The notes below the pieces were generated by a model. It worked only from the letters and a program-made list of their open reading frames with translations. It was not told where the DNA came from and made no database searches. Below are positions 40,477-49,706 of a DNA stretch of 57,831 bases, piece by piece. The DNA is taken from NCBI RefSeq assembly GCF_002087085.1, contig NZ_MWQY01000022.1, positions 1 through 57,831 on the forward strand, written 5' to 3'. Position numbers and translations under genes: made by a program. Position 1 is the first letter of the stretch. Each line of letters opens with the position of its first letter.

Positions 40477-41577
40477 TTAACTTGTTTCCTCTTCGTCCCA
40501 GACAAAGTTTCTTGTAAGATCCTTAAAATAGCTCCATTTACCTGTCAGGAAACGAAATCGTCCGGCTACAATGCCGGGACTGACACCAAGCTTGCGAGCC
40601 AACTGTATTACTTCATCCTTGGTTGTGATCAAGGCTATCTGAGTATGATATTTTGATGGAATAAGAGTCTCGGAGGCGAACCTGTCAGCCTTCTGCTCTT
40701 CAGGGTCTGTACTGTTATTTTCAGCTATATAAAGCCGCTGTTTCTTCCCATGGAGTATATGATCTGCCTCGTGGAAAAATGAGAACCAGAAGATATCTTC
40801 ACCTTTGCCTCTGAGATTCAAGATGATCATCGCCTTTTGTGGTGAAAGCCATTTAGATGCTCCGTTCCAGGGTACTTTTTTTATCTCCTTCACTAATGCC
40901 AGAGCTACACCCGCTTCCGCGCAGTACCGACGCATTGTATCCACGAACTCATCCGGCTTCTTAATGGTTAAACCGCGAATAGCTTTTATCGCCTTCTCGA
41001 ACCTGTACTTATCGAAGGGTGCACATTCAATCTGCTGGGCCTGCAGCTCGCCTAATCTTATCCATACGGATGCCGGTCCGGGACGTGTCTCGAAACAGGT
41101 CGACCGTCGGGCAGCGACCTTCGGCGACTCCCACACATCGTGCCAGGCAGATACGCTGGATACCCCGTAAAACTTCAGGGTTTCTTGAAGAAGTTTTATC
41201 TTGTCTTTCTCATCCGAAATCACGCTTCGCTCTATCAGTTCTCTGGTAGGGATATCCTTCAACCAGTCAATACCTCTTTCGAATTCCCTGGATTGCTCAA
41301 TTTTGCTGAGCTGCTCTCGGTATTGCATTTCAAGGTTGTTCCACATCCGAGCCGGAACACCGGTGACAAGTTCCAGTTTATTCGCAGTTTCAAAGGTTAT
41401 AGGCTGTTCACCCTTCAGAATTCGAACAATCGTCTGTTCGGTAAGTCCCGTTCGGGTAGCCAAGTCTTTCTGGGTCATACTGAGATTCTCTATAACTTCA
41501 GCTATAGTCTCACCAGGAGGAACGGCATAATTGGGTATGAACTCATAAGCTTTCTTTGCTTTTATAGGGGCGGCCAT
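40477..41577 (-). CDS. higA: HigA-type antitoxin: XRE HTH fused to an ImmA/IrrE (M78) peptidase-like domain
   Basis: PPGETI...MTQKDLATRTG...ITFETANKLE...WNNLE; FWFSFFHEADH (HExxH); EEQKADRFA. Confidence 0.88.
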   Translation of the reverse strand: MAAPIKAKKAYEFIPNYAVPPGETIAEVIENLSMTQKDLATRTGLTEQTIVRILKGEQPITFETANKLELVTGVPARMWNNLEMQYREQLSKIEQSREFERGIDWLKDIPTRELIERSVISDEKDKIKLLQETLKFYGVSSVSAWHDVWESPKVAARRSTCFETRPGPASVWIRLGELQAQQIECAPFDKYRFEKAIKAIRGLTIKKPDEFVDTMRRYCAEAGVALALVKEIKKVPWNGASKWLSPQKAMIILNLRGKGEDIFWFSFFHEADHILHGKKQRLYIAENNSTDPEEQKADRFASETLIPSKYHTQIALITTKDEVIQLARKLGVSPGIVAGRFRFLTGKWSYFKDLTRNFVWDEEETS

Positions 41578-41579
41578 AA

Positions 41580-41936
41580 TCAGTTCCTCCGTTGTGTTTT
41601 CCTGTCATGGGTGTCTTCAATGGCAATGATTTCGATTTCCGTGACAGCTTTCAGATCAATACCTCCATCATCTTTGCAAGGTATCGGTTCATCAGCTGGA
41701 ATAAACAGCAGTCGCTGAGGATATTCAAGGTCGACCGAGAAAACACCCCTCCGGTTGGTCAATTCATGACAGCGGGTAGGCGGAAGATGGGAAAGATCCT
41801 CAAGCACGTTTGCGGCTTTCAATTCCATCAGACGCTGCTGCAACTTTTTTTTCATCTTAAGTCCTAAGGACTTGTTCATTTCTCGTTCTTCAGAACATAG
41901 TTTTTGAAGTTTCTTCGTTTTAAAATATATCAGCAT
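41580..41936 (-). CDS. higB: HigB/RelE-like toxin (killer-suppression type)
   Basis: IYFKTKKLQK, RCHELT, FSVDLEYPQRLLF, IEIIAIEDTH; lies upstream of the antitoxin. Confidence 0.85.
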   Translation of the reverse strand: MLIYFKTKKLQKLCSEEREMNKSLGLKMKKKLQQRLMELKAANVLEDLSHLPPTRCHELTNRRGVFSVDLEYPQRLLFIPADEPIPCKDDGGIDLKAVTEIEIIAIEDTHDRKTQRRN

Positions 41937-41949
41937 TACTACACCTTGT

Positions 41950-41988
41950 CAATAAAATAATTAACATAGTATGTTAATCTTTTTATTG
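41950..41988. promoter_or_regulatory. Inverted-repeat operator upstream of higBA
   Basis: CAATAAAA-TA-ATTAACATA-G-TATGTTAAT-CT-TTTTATTG, 13 bp upstream of the higB start. Confidence 0.7.
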
Positions 41989-41997
41989 GTTTTCTAC

Positions 41998-43488
41998 TTA
42001 TTCTCCCTCCAATATCTTGAATAACCCTTCCATCAATCCCCGCAAAGCCATCGAGCTTTGCTGCCAGTTGGCAATGGCCTGTTTGAGGTTGACTGTTTCT
42101 GTCACTCCGTTGCCACTGCCGTTTCCGTTGTCCGCCCGCACAAAGAGCGGGATGCTGAGGTTGTTGGCCTTCTCTCGAATCTCGTCATTACCGACCACCC
42201 GGGCAAAGCCGTCCTCGTGGCAAAAGGTCTGGTAGACGGAGACAATGTGCTGGATGTGTTCGTCAGTTAGGAAGCTCTGTGCCCGCTCGCGGGTCACCTC
42301 GTTCACCGCGTTGATGAAGAGCACCTTGTTCCTGCGCTCCTTGGGTTTGTTCATCCGGCAGATAACAACGCAGGCTTCCATGGGCGAGTTGTAAAAGAGG
42401 CTGGGACCGAGGCCAAGCACGCACTCCACCACGTCGTGGGCGACCAGCTTCTCACGCATAGCCAGTTCTTCATTGCGAAAGAGGACGCCATGCGGAAACA
42501 GGATGGCGCAGCGGCCACTCTTGGTCTTCATGCTCTTGATGATGTGCTGCCAGAAGGCATAGTCGGCTCGTCCCTGAGGCGGAGTGCCGTAGATGTTTCG
42601 GCCCCACGTATCGGTGGACCAGGCATCACGATCCCACTGCTTGATGGAATACGGCGGATTGGCCAAGACCACATCGAACCGCATGAGTCGATCGCCTTCG
42701 ACAAAGGCGGGGTTGGCCAGGGTGTCACCCCGGACGATGCGGAAATCCTCGATGCCGTGTAGGAACAGGTTCATCCGACCGATGGCCGAGGTGAGCAGGT
42801 TGCGCTCCTGGCCGAACAGCTGCAGGTTCCGCCACTCCTTCTTCTTCCGCTTCAGATGGGCGACTGCAGAGAGGAGCATGCCCGCTGACCCGCAGGTGGG
42901 GTCATAGATCGACTCACCGGGTTTGGGTTCGAGCATCTCGGTCATCAAATGAACCACGGTGCGATTGGTATAGAACTCCGCAGCAGTGTGGCCGGAATCA
43001 TCGGCGAACTTCTTGATCAGAAACTCGTAGCCTACGCCCAGCTCATCTTCCGGGCAGTTGAAGAGTGAAAGCTTCTGCGAGCTGAAATGCTCAATGAGCT
43101 CGCGCAGCATGTGGTCCGGCAGGCGGTCCTTGTTGGTCCACTGGGCATCGCCGAAAACCCCGAACAGTGTGTCGGGGTTAGCAGTCTCAATCGCCCGCAG
43201 GGCATCCTGAATGACCTTGCCCACGTTTTTGACCTTGGTGCGGGTGGCCTTCCAGTGGGCGTCTTCCGGAATCTGGAAGCGGTGCTGTTCGGGGAGAGCA
43301 GCGTATTCCTGATCGCCGCCGGATTCCTCCAGCGCATCGGCCAGTTCCTCGTCGTACACGTCGCACAAGCGCTTGTAGAACAGCAGAGGAAAGATGAACT
43401 GCTTGTAATCCCCGGCGTCGAGATAGCCGCGCAACAAGGTGGCCGCGCCCCAGAGGTAGGATTCGAGTTGAGATTGGGAGATAGCCAT
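41998..43488 (-). CDS. hsdM: Type I R-M methyltransferase subunit M2 (NPPY; predicted m4C)
   Basis: LESYLWGAATLLRG, AEFYTNR, YDPTCGSAGML, VLANPPY, LFPHGVLFR, NLSIPLFV. Confidence 0.95.
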   Translation of the reverse strand: MAISQSQLESYLWGAATLLRGYLDAGDYKQFIFPLLFYKRLCDVYDEELADALEESGGDQEYAALPEQHRFQIPEDAHWKATRTKVKNVGKVIQDALRAIETANPDTLFGVFGDAQWTNKDRLPDHMLRELIEHFSSQKLSLFNCPEDELGVGYEFLIKKFADDSGHTAAEFYTNRTVVHLMTEMLEPKPGESIYDPTCGSAGMLLSAVAHLKRKKKEWRNLQLFGQERNLLTSAIGRMNLFLHGIEDFRIVRGDTLANPAFVEGDRLMRFDVVLANPPYSIKQWDRDAWSTDTWGRNIYGTPPQGRADYAFWQHIIKSMKTKSGRCAILFPHGVLFRNEELAMREKLVAHDVVECVLGLGPSLFYNSPMEACVVICRMNKPKERRNKVLFINAVNEVTRERAQSFLTDEHIQHIVSVYQTFCHEDGFARVVGNDEIREKANNLSIPLFVRADNGNGSGNGVTETVNLKQAIANWQQSSMALRGLMEGLFKILEGE

Positions 43489-45815
43489 TAATCTGTCTCC
43501 ATCCTAATACGATCAGGCAATGTTGTTAGCAGTCGTAGAACATTGGCAGTGTCTTCAAAATGCTGATGGACTTCAGGTGCATGCTCATAGTGATATGACA
43601 CAAATCGCTGTTCGTCTCCTTTAGTCCTGCTATAGAAATAGCAAGCGATTGCATCTTGGTGAGGGGGAGCAATCATGCGAATAAATGGCAGTAGCTGTAA
43701 TCCCTTTGAAGCACCTTCCGCGAGTAGATAAAGCTTGCCAGAAATCATAGGCGTTGCGACAGTTCTTGTTACGTGCTCAAACTGACTATTGGCACCCATG
43801 ATACGAAGTGAATCACATGTATACTGGTCTTCGATGTATTCCATTTTACCCATCTGGAGGAGTTCAAATTGATTCCATCCGTGGCCCCAGAGATTGCGTA
43901 ACTCTTCAATCATTGCACGTAAATCATTCTCTATTGCTGCTGCCTGGGCTTTTCCCAAGGCGCCACCGTGCCCGCCATACGTATTACGCATTTGATTGGC
44001 ACGAGAAATGATTTGTGAAATTATTGGTGCACTTAGTTTTTCCAACCATGATGTGGAGACAAGCGAATATAAGCTTATTGCAACGGGAGCATCATCCGTT
44101 TTGGCAAGCATAACCCTCGATAGTGCACTGAGCTTCTCTACTACAACTTTCCACGTCCCAAAGGTTGCACGAGCAAAGGTCAGATGCTGAACAGACAATG
44201 CTTCCAGTATTTCTTTATGAGCTTCTTGCCAGATAATTATGTGACTCGAGAATGCACTCAGGTGGACCGTGGCAAGGAATTCCGCAAGTGCCTCGAAGAA
44301 ATGGAGCAGAATACTGAATCTAATCCGGGGATCGTCCTCAGCAACTCGATGGCACCATAAAATTGAAGCAAGAGGAAATGGGAGAGTAGCAATCCAGTCT
44401 TCGTATCGCACCTCGTTGTTGATAGTCTGTGCGCGTATCAAGATTTCTTCACTGGAGTGATAACCAGTCCAACACATAGCTTCAATTTCCCGGGTTTCAT
44501 TTCTTAGAGCTTCAAGATGACGCAGGGCTTCGAGTACCTCAAGCTGTGCATTCAAGGGAGGTATATAGCACATCAGGCGATCACAGACATCCTTTGTAAT
44601 ACGCTGCGAACCAGAAGGACTACCTACCCCTGCAGCTTGTAAAGCGAGCTTACCAAGATCGTTCTTAAACCACTGCAATAAATAAGATACATGAACCTTG
44701 GATTCGTCCAGGATAAAACAAGTGCATTTTCCTTTGTTTAAAGAAGCTTCTAAATTGTCCGCAGTGAAGAATTTTCCTGATTGTGATAACAGCAAGGTAT
44801 TCGCAGAGATAACCGAAGTCTGGTCAAGTTCTTTTAGACTAAGATGGATCACGTTCTTGATTAAATCAGTAAATGGTATCGGAGATAACAACGTCTTCCG
44901 AAGCTTTTGGAGAACCCGGTATTCTGCTTCCAAGGCTTCAAAATCAACGTACTTGGATAATGCAATCATCCGCCCAAGACTGGGGTGCATATCTGATTTA
45001 TTGTTTTTGTAGTTTTTTAGAAGTCGTTCACTATGCTTTTGATCGTCCGCTACCTGACCTACAAAAATGTCTGTTTGAGGTCCATGCTCTATAACCAAAA
45101 TCTGAGAGGAGATCGAAGTATTAAGTCGTGTTCCATACGGAACATTTAAGCTTGCTTTTATGCAGCAACCAGTTCTATGGATCGCCTCAATAAAGGGCTT
45201 GTGTTTTAGCGCGCGAGGAGACATGACGATGGCCAAGGTTCCTTCTGCAGCAAGTTTATGGCATGCCCATATAGTAATGTATTGCGCCAGATCCAGAAGA
45301 TTTTCTTCTTTCAGTATTGGAGGTAGATTTTCCCGATTAATATGCTTGCCGAGAGGAGGATCAGCAATGATTAGATCATATCGCTCTTGAGAATCAAGAG
45401 CAGGATCGAGTACATTGCCTCGCTGGATATTTGCTTGATCTTTAAGAAGCACAGAAGCGATTTCGCAGCTGTTACTGTCGAGATCAATGCCCTTTGCTAC
45501 TTTAGGTTTATGTGCAGTAATCACCTTGTGAAGCATAAGCCCACTGCCACAAGTGGGATCGATTACAGAGGTAGGTTTAACAAGAACAGCCAGATCAGCC
45601 ATAAAGCGACTAATCATTGGCGGTGAAACAAATTCACCAGCTCCCCGAGAATCAGCTTGCCCAATGACAGTTTCGACCACATCAGGTGTTAGCTCACCAG
45701 AGATTTCCCCCCTTGCCAGAGCGAGTAAGCCCCGCCATGGATCAGGTGGTCCATGACCTCTTTGAGAATCAATATATCGCGAGAGGGATTGTAGTGTTTT
45801 AGATGTCGAGCTCAT
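43488..45815 (-). CDS. 775-aa fusion: N6-MTase-like domain (DPPL), TRD-like region, helical C-terminal domain with an RNx4H motif
   Basis: GEFVSP, IDPTCGSG, IIADPPLG, then YIPPLNAQ (HsdS-like), then LLHFFEAL...MRNTYGGH. Overlaps both flanking hsdM genes (ATGA and TAATG). Confidence 0.75.
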   Translation of the reverse strand: MSSTSKTLQSLSRYIDSQRGHGPPDPWRGLLALARGEISGELTPDVVETVIGQADSRGAGEFVSPPMISRFMADLAVLVKPTSVIDPTCGSGLMLHKVITAHKPKVAKGIDLDSNSCEIASVLLKDQANIQRGNVLDPALDSQERYDLIIADPPLGKHINRENLPPILKEENLLDLAQYITIWACHKLAAEGTLAIVMSPRALKHKPFIEAIHRTGCCIKASLNVPYGTRLNTSISSQILVIEHGPQTDIFVGQVADDQKHSERLLKNYKNNKSDMHPSLGRMIALSKYVDFEALEAEYRVLQKLRKTLLSPIPFTDLIKNVIHLSLKELDQTSVISANTLLLSQSGKFFTADNLEASLNKGKCTCFILDESKVHVSYLLQWFKNDLGKLALQAAGVGSPSGSQRITKDVCDRLMCYIPPLNAQLEVLEALRHLEALRNETREIEAMCWTGYHSSEEILIRAQTINNEVRYEDWIATLPFPLASILWCHRVAEDDPRIRFSILLHFFEALAEFLATVHLSAFSSHIIIWQEAHKEILEALSVQHLTFARATFGTWKVVVEKLSALSRVMLAKTDDAPVAISLYSLVSTSWLEKLSAPIISQIISRANQMRNTYGGHGGALGKAQAAAIENDLRAMIEELRNLWGHGWNQFELLQMGKMEYIEDQYTCDSLRIMGANSQFEHVTRTVATPMISGKLYLLAEGASKGLQLLPFIRMIAPPHQDAIACYFYSRTKGDEQRFVSYHYEHAPEVHQHFEDTANVLRLLTTLPDRIRMETD

Positions 45816-47299
45816 GCCATCAACCCTTCTTTTTTAAGCAGCGCCTTCAACCGATCCTCGGCTGCATACGCCGCCTGCAGCGATTCCTTGAGATTGGCGA
45901 TGGCCTGATCGACGGTCATGGAGTCCTCCTCGATCACCGGCTCCACGTAGCGGGGGATGTTCAGGTTGAAATCGTTCTCGCGAATCTGGTCCTGCGTGAC
46001 CACCCGGCAGATCCCTTCCACATCCTGATAGCCCTCGTACCAGCGATGGATGTTGTCAACGTGTTCCAGCAGCAGCTCGTTCTGAGCGCGGCCGGTCTTG
46101 AACTCCTTCGAGGCGTCGATGAAAAGCACCTTCTGGCGGTGGGCCTTGGGCTTGCTGTCGCGGAAGACCAGGACGCAAGGCGCGAGACCGGTTCCGTAGA
46201 AAATATTCTGACCGAGACCGATCACCGCTTCGAGCATGTCCATTTCCAGCAGCTTACGTCGAATCTCGCCCTCCTTGGACATGCGGAACAACACGCCATG
46301 GGGAAGAACCACGGTCATTCGCCCGGTCTTTCGTGCCATGGACTTGATCATGTGCTGAACCCAGGCGAAGTCGCCGGATTTGGCTGGCGGCAACCCGGCA
46401 AAGTTCCGGCCGTAAGGGTCGTTGATCCAGATGTCGTCCCCCCACTTTTCCAGGGAGAAGGGAGGATTTGCGATGACACAGTCAAAGGTGGCGAGGCTGT
46501 CGCCTGAATAAAAGGCAGGCAAGCGCAAGGTGTCGCCGCGTTCAATATGAAAATCTTCCGCACCGTGGAGAAAGAGGTTCATCCGGGCGATGGAGGATGT
46601 GGTCAGGTTCTTTTCCTGGCCATAAAGCTTGCCCAGCATGAGGTTCTCGTCGCCGCCATGCTCTTTGACATGGTGCAGCGCTTCGAGGAGCATGCCGCCA
46701 GTCCCGCAGGCTGGGTCATAGATGGTTTCCCCGGCCTTGGGTGCAAGGATGCGAACCATTAGCGAGACCACGGAGCGTGGGGTATAGAATTCACCGGCCT
46801 TTTTGTTGGTGAGGTCGGCAAATTTCTTGATTAGGTATTCATAGGCCTGGCCGAGAATGTCCGCCTTGCTGTGCTCATTGCCCAGATCAAGCGACGAGAA
46901 GTGTTCTATCAGGTCCTTGAGCAACGCATCCGAAAGGCGTTCCTTGTTGGTCCACTGGGCATCGCCGAAGATGCCATGCAGGGTGTCCGGGTTGGCCTGC
47001 TCGATGCAGCGCATCGCCTTCTGGAGTGCATGGCCGATATTGGCGCTCTTGGCCCGGACATCTTTCCAGTGGCAGCCCTCCGGAACCTGGAACCGGTGGT
47101 TCTCGGGGAACTGGGCAAATTCCACGTCGCCGTCTGATTCTTCCAGGGCCACGTCATACTCCTCGTCATAGACGTCGGAGAGCCGCTTGAAGAACAACAG
47201 CGGGAATATGTAGGTCTTGAAATCGGCCGCGTCGACAGGACCACGCAGGATGTTCGCGGATTCCCAAAGGTATGATTCGATGGCGCTTAAACTTAACAT
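45812..47299 (-). CDS. hsdM: Type I R-M methyltransferase subunit M1 (NPPF; predicted m6A)
   Basis: IESYLWESANILRG, GEFYTPR, YDPACGTGGML, IANPPF, LPHGVLFR, NLNIPRYV. Confidence 0.96.
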   Translation of the reverse strand: MLSLSAIESYLWESANILRGPVDAADFKTYIFPLLFFKRLSDVYDEEYDVALEESDGDVEFAQFPENHRFQVPEGCHWKDVRAKSANIGHALQKAMRCIEQANPDTLHGIFGDAQWTNKERLSDALLKDLIEHFSSLDLGNEHSKADILGQAYEYLIKKFADLTNKKAGEFYTPRSVVSLMVRILAPKAGETIYDPACGTGGMLLEALHHVKEHGGDENLMLGKLYGQEKNLTTSSIARMNLFLHGAEDFHIERGDTLRLPAFYSGDSLATFDCVIANPPFSLEKWGDDIWINDPYGRNFAGLPPAKSGDFAWVQHMIKSMARKTGRMTVVLPHGVLFRMSKEGEIRRKLLEMDMLEAVIGLGQNIFYGTGLAPCVLVFRDSKPKAHRQKVLFIDASKEFKTGRAQNELLLEHVDNIHRWYEGYQDVEGICRVVTQDQIRENDFNLNIPRYVEPVIEEDSMTVDQAIANLKESLQAAYAAEDRLKALLKKEGLMA

Positions 47300-47400
47300 T
47301 TTCTCTTTTCGCTCTTTATCGTTCTGAACCTCAGCTGATGAAAACCTTTGTCAGTATAAAACAGGGTCACTGTCAATGCAATTACTCCTATAGCGATGAT

Positions 47401-48768
47401 TCAACCTGTGATTGCATTTGTAACAGATGGAATGGTCAATCGCCTGTAAAATCGGTAATACATGATGAACGTAATCCCCGAATCAATCGCAATACCTGTT
47501 CCGAACATGACCGTAATACTGACCAGAGTGGGGCTATATAAACCAAGCTGGAATAGAACAAACAGACTACCGTAAAAGAGGCTGTTCACAATCAATGACT
47601 GGTAGAGCATCAGATCTGTTCGCCCTCTTCCGTAGAAGATGCTGTCGGCAATGTTGTTGAATGCAAAGGTTATGTAAAAACCAAGGGAGATAAGACTCAG
47701 CTGAAAGACCTTCTCCCAGTCAGCAACTCCCATAACCTCCCGCATGAACGAACGCCACAGCGGGATAGTGATGAGCCAGCCAAGGACAAAAACAAGAGTT
47801 AGAACACCATACCCGAAAGCCTTCGTCCTTATAGCATCTACATCCTCAGCAGTATCCCGCTTTATTAGCTCTCCCAGGGCGAGTACCGGCACAAGAAGCC
47901 AGCCCCATATAAAATTGTTGGTAACCCAGAATGTCCCCTGCTCCTGCACCATGTTTACGAGCCGGATTACCATTAAAATGAAGGCTGCATTCCGAACGAA
48001 CGACTCGAGACCTGAAATCCCGCCGACCCGAAACCAGGCTCTCAGGCAACCCAGATCAAGTTTGAAACTGTAACCGGGAACCAGGTAACCTTCTCTTCTG
48101 AGCATATTAACTAAAATACTCAGGAGGATGAAATTAACAATGATGTTGGTAATAGCAATACCATTCACCCCCAACTGGAGGGAGAAAGGCAACGAACTTA
48201 AGAAAATTGTATCAAAGAGAACCGAGAGTACGAGCTGAATTCCGAGAATGAAAAGCAACCTGATCTCTCTCTTCAACACAACCAGGGTAAGTGTGAGAAA
48301 TCGTACCAAGGCAGCGAAAAGTGCAGATACTGCCTTCAGGCGAATGTACCGCACAGTAGCCTCGACGAGTTCGGTCTTCTGTGCCATGAACACAATCATC
48401 GGCCGGGCAAATAGCAGGGTAAGTATTGAAAGGATTCCATAAAGCGCTGCAGTGAGGATAAACCCGTTCGATACAGCGTTGTTGAAACGGCTTCTGTCAT
48501 GCAGGAATCTTCCGATCAGGAAAAACATCGGCAGTATAAGTGATTCATGAACCACCTCGTAGGTAATATTCAGCCAGGCAAGCTGTGAGGCTATATTGTA
48601 TCCCCAGTCTCCCGGTAACGTTCCGAGAAAATGGATACGAACTGTCATGTAGATAGTTGGAAGCAGCCCCATCAATATAAGAACACCGAGCAGTTTGAAG
48701 TTGATCTGTTTGAATGATGTCCCAGTTGAAAATATAAGATTCCCGATATTACCCTGCAACTTTTTCAT
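47401..48768 (-). CDS. MATE-family (Na+-driven) efflux transporter
   Basis: About 12 TM segments, LGVNGIAITNI, GLESFVRN, IFYGRGRT. Start ATG 48768 with AGGGGG RBS. Confidence 0.75.
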   Translation of the reverse strand: MKKLQGNIGNLIFSTGTSFKQINFKLLGVLILMGLLPTIYMTVRIHFLGTLPGDWGYNIASQLAWLNITYEVVHESLILPMFFLIGRFLHDRSRFNNAVSNGFILTAALYGILSILTLLFARPMIVFMAQKTELVEATVRYIRLKAVSALFAALVRFLTLTLVVLKREIRLLFILGIQLVLSVLFDTIFLSSLPFSLQLGVNGIAITNIIVNFILLSILVNMLRREGYLVPGYSFKLDLGCLRAWFRVGGISGLESFVRNAAFILMVIRLVNMVQEQGTFWVTNNFIWGWLLVPVLALGELIKRDTAEDVDAIRTKAFGYGVLTLVFVLGWLITIPLWRSFMREVMGVADWEKVFQLSLISLGFYITFAFNNIADSIFYGRGRTDLMLYQSLIVNSLFYGSLFVLFQLGLYSPTLVSITVMFGTGIAIDSGITFIMYYRFYRRLTIPSVTNAITG

Positions 48769-49645
48769 AATTCCCCCTGATATTCTGTTGCACTTCACAG
48801 GCCTCCACTAACCTGCTCCGAAACGCTTCACGAAGATCCTTCCTTATCGACTTTGGAGGTTTAACACCAACAACTGACCGCCTTCCACAAGCAATATCGA
48901 AAAGAAGCTCTTTGCAGATAATATGCTCCTTCGGCCGATTTTCGATCATCGCAAATCCCTCACGGATTGCCTTGATCCGGTCAAAAAGCAATCTTTGAGA
49001 ATGAGACAGAGCATTCAGCCTGTTCTCAAGATTTCGCGACCTTCGTGATTGTCGGTCCGGCTGGAATCTTCTTCTTTCCATAGCATTCGCAAGTTCTCCA
49101 ACGAGCCCCCTGTCTTCAATGCTTTTTATCAGAATTGTGTAGAGATCAATCAAATGGCGCACATCCCCGGCCGCATAAGCTGCTGCATCAGGAGGCAGAG
49201 GCCGCGTCCTCCAGTCAGATTTCTGGTATTTCTTTTTTGTTTCCGATACTTGAACAGCAAGATATCTGCTGAGTACAGAGTTGAGTCCACCAACGTTCGT
49301 ATCCAGAACCCCTGCTATTGTGTGGAGGTCGATAACCGGATACATAACTATTCCATAAAGGCGGTAAACCAGCGCCATATCGCTGCCGGCATCAAAGAAT
49401 ACTTTGATAAACTGTTTGTGAGTTAATGTGGTGCAAACTTCTTCTTCCGATACCGCAAGGGCATCAATGAGATAGACTTCTTTCCCGTCATAGAGCTGAA
49501 TCAGGCAAAGCTTCTCTCCATACCCATGCCTGCTGTAATCTGCTTCAAGATCCATCCCGACAATTTTTACTTGTTCATTATAAAGATGCTTACGAAGTTC
49601 AATCAGACCTTCTTCAGTGTCTATAAAAAAATAATTCTTCATCAT
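48749..49645 (-). CDS. RNase D-like DEDDy 3'-5' exonuclease with HRDC domain
   Basis: GMDLEAD, LCLIQL, GSDM, QKSDWRTRPL, YAAGD; C-terminal REGFAMIENRPKEHII HRDC-like region. Start reassigned to 49645 (GGGGAG upstream). Confidence 0.85.
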   Translation of the reverse strand: MMKNYFFIDTEEGLIELRKHLYNEQVKIVGMDLEADYSRHGYGEKLCLIQLYDGKEVYLIDALAVSEEEVCTTLTHKQFIKVFFDAGSDMALVYRLYGIVMYPVIDLHTIAGVLDTNVGGLNSVLSRYLAVQVSETKKKYQKSDWRTRPLPPDAAAYAAGDVRHLIDLYTILIKSIEDRGLVGELANAMERRRFQPDRQSRRSRNLENRLNALSHSQRLLFDRIKAIREGFAMIENRPKEHIICKELLFDIACGRRSVVGVKPPKSIRKDLREAFRSRLVEACEVQQNIRGNYEKVAG

Positions 49646-49706
49646 ACTCCCCAATTTCATCTGTAAGAAAACACCCCGAGGCAGATCTGCCCCGGGATGA
49701 GATTCT

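Noticed and set aside
40287..40505. 72-aa ORF between higA and the HEPN gene
   Set aside because: It overlaps higA and has no recognisable features. Its stop does overlap the next start, so a short coupling peptide cannot be excluded.
41924..41952. TTGACA-17-TATATT promoter-like match on the minus strand
   Set aside because: The -10 falls inside the first codons of higB, whose N-terminus looks family-typical; likely coincidental or internal.
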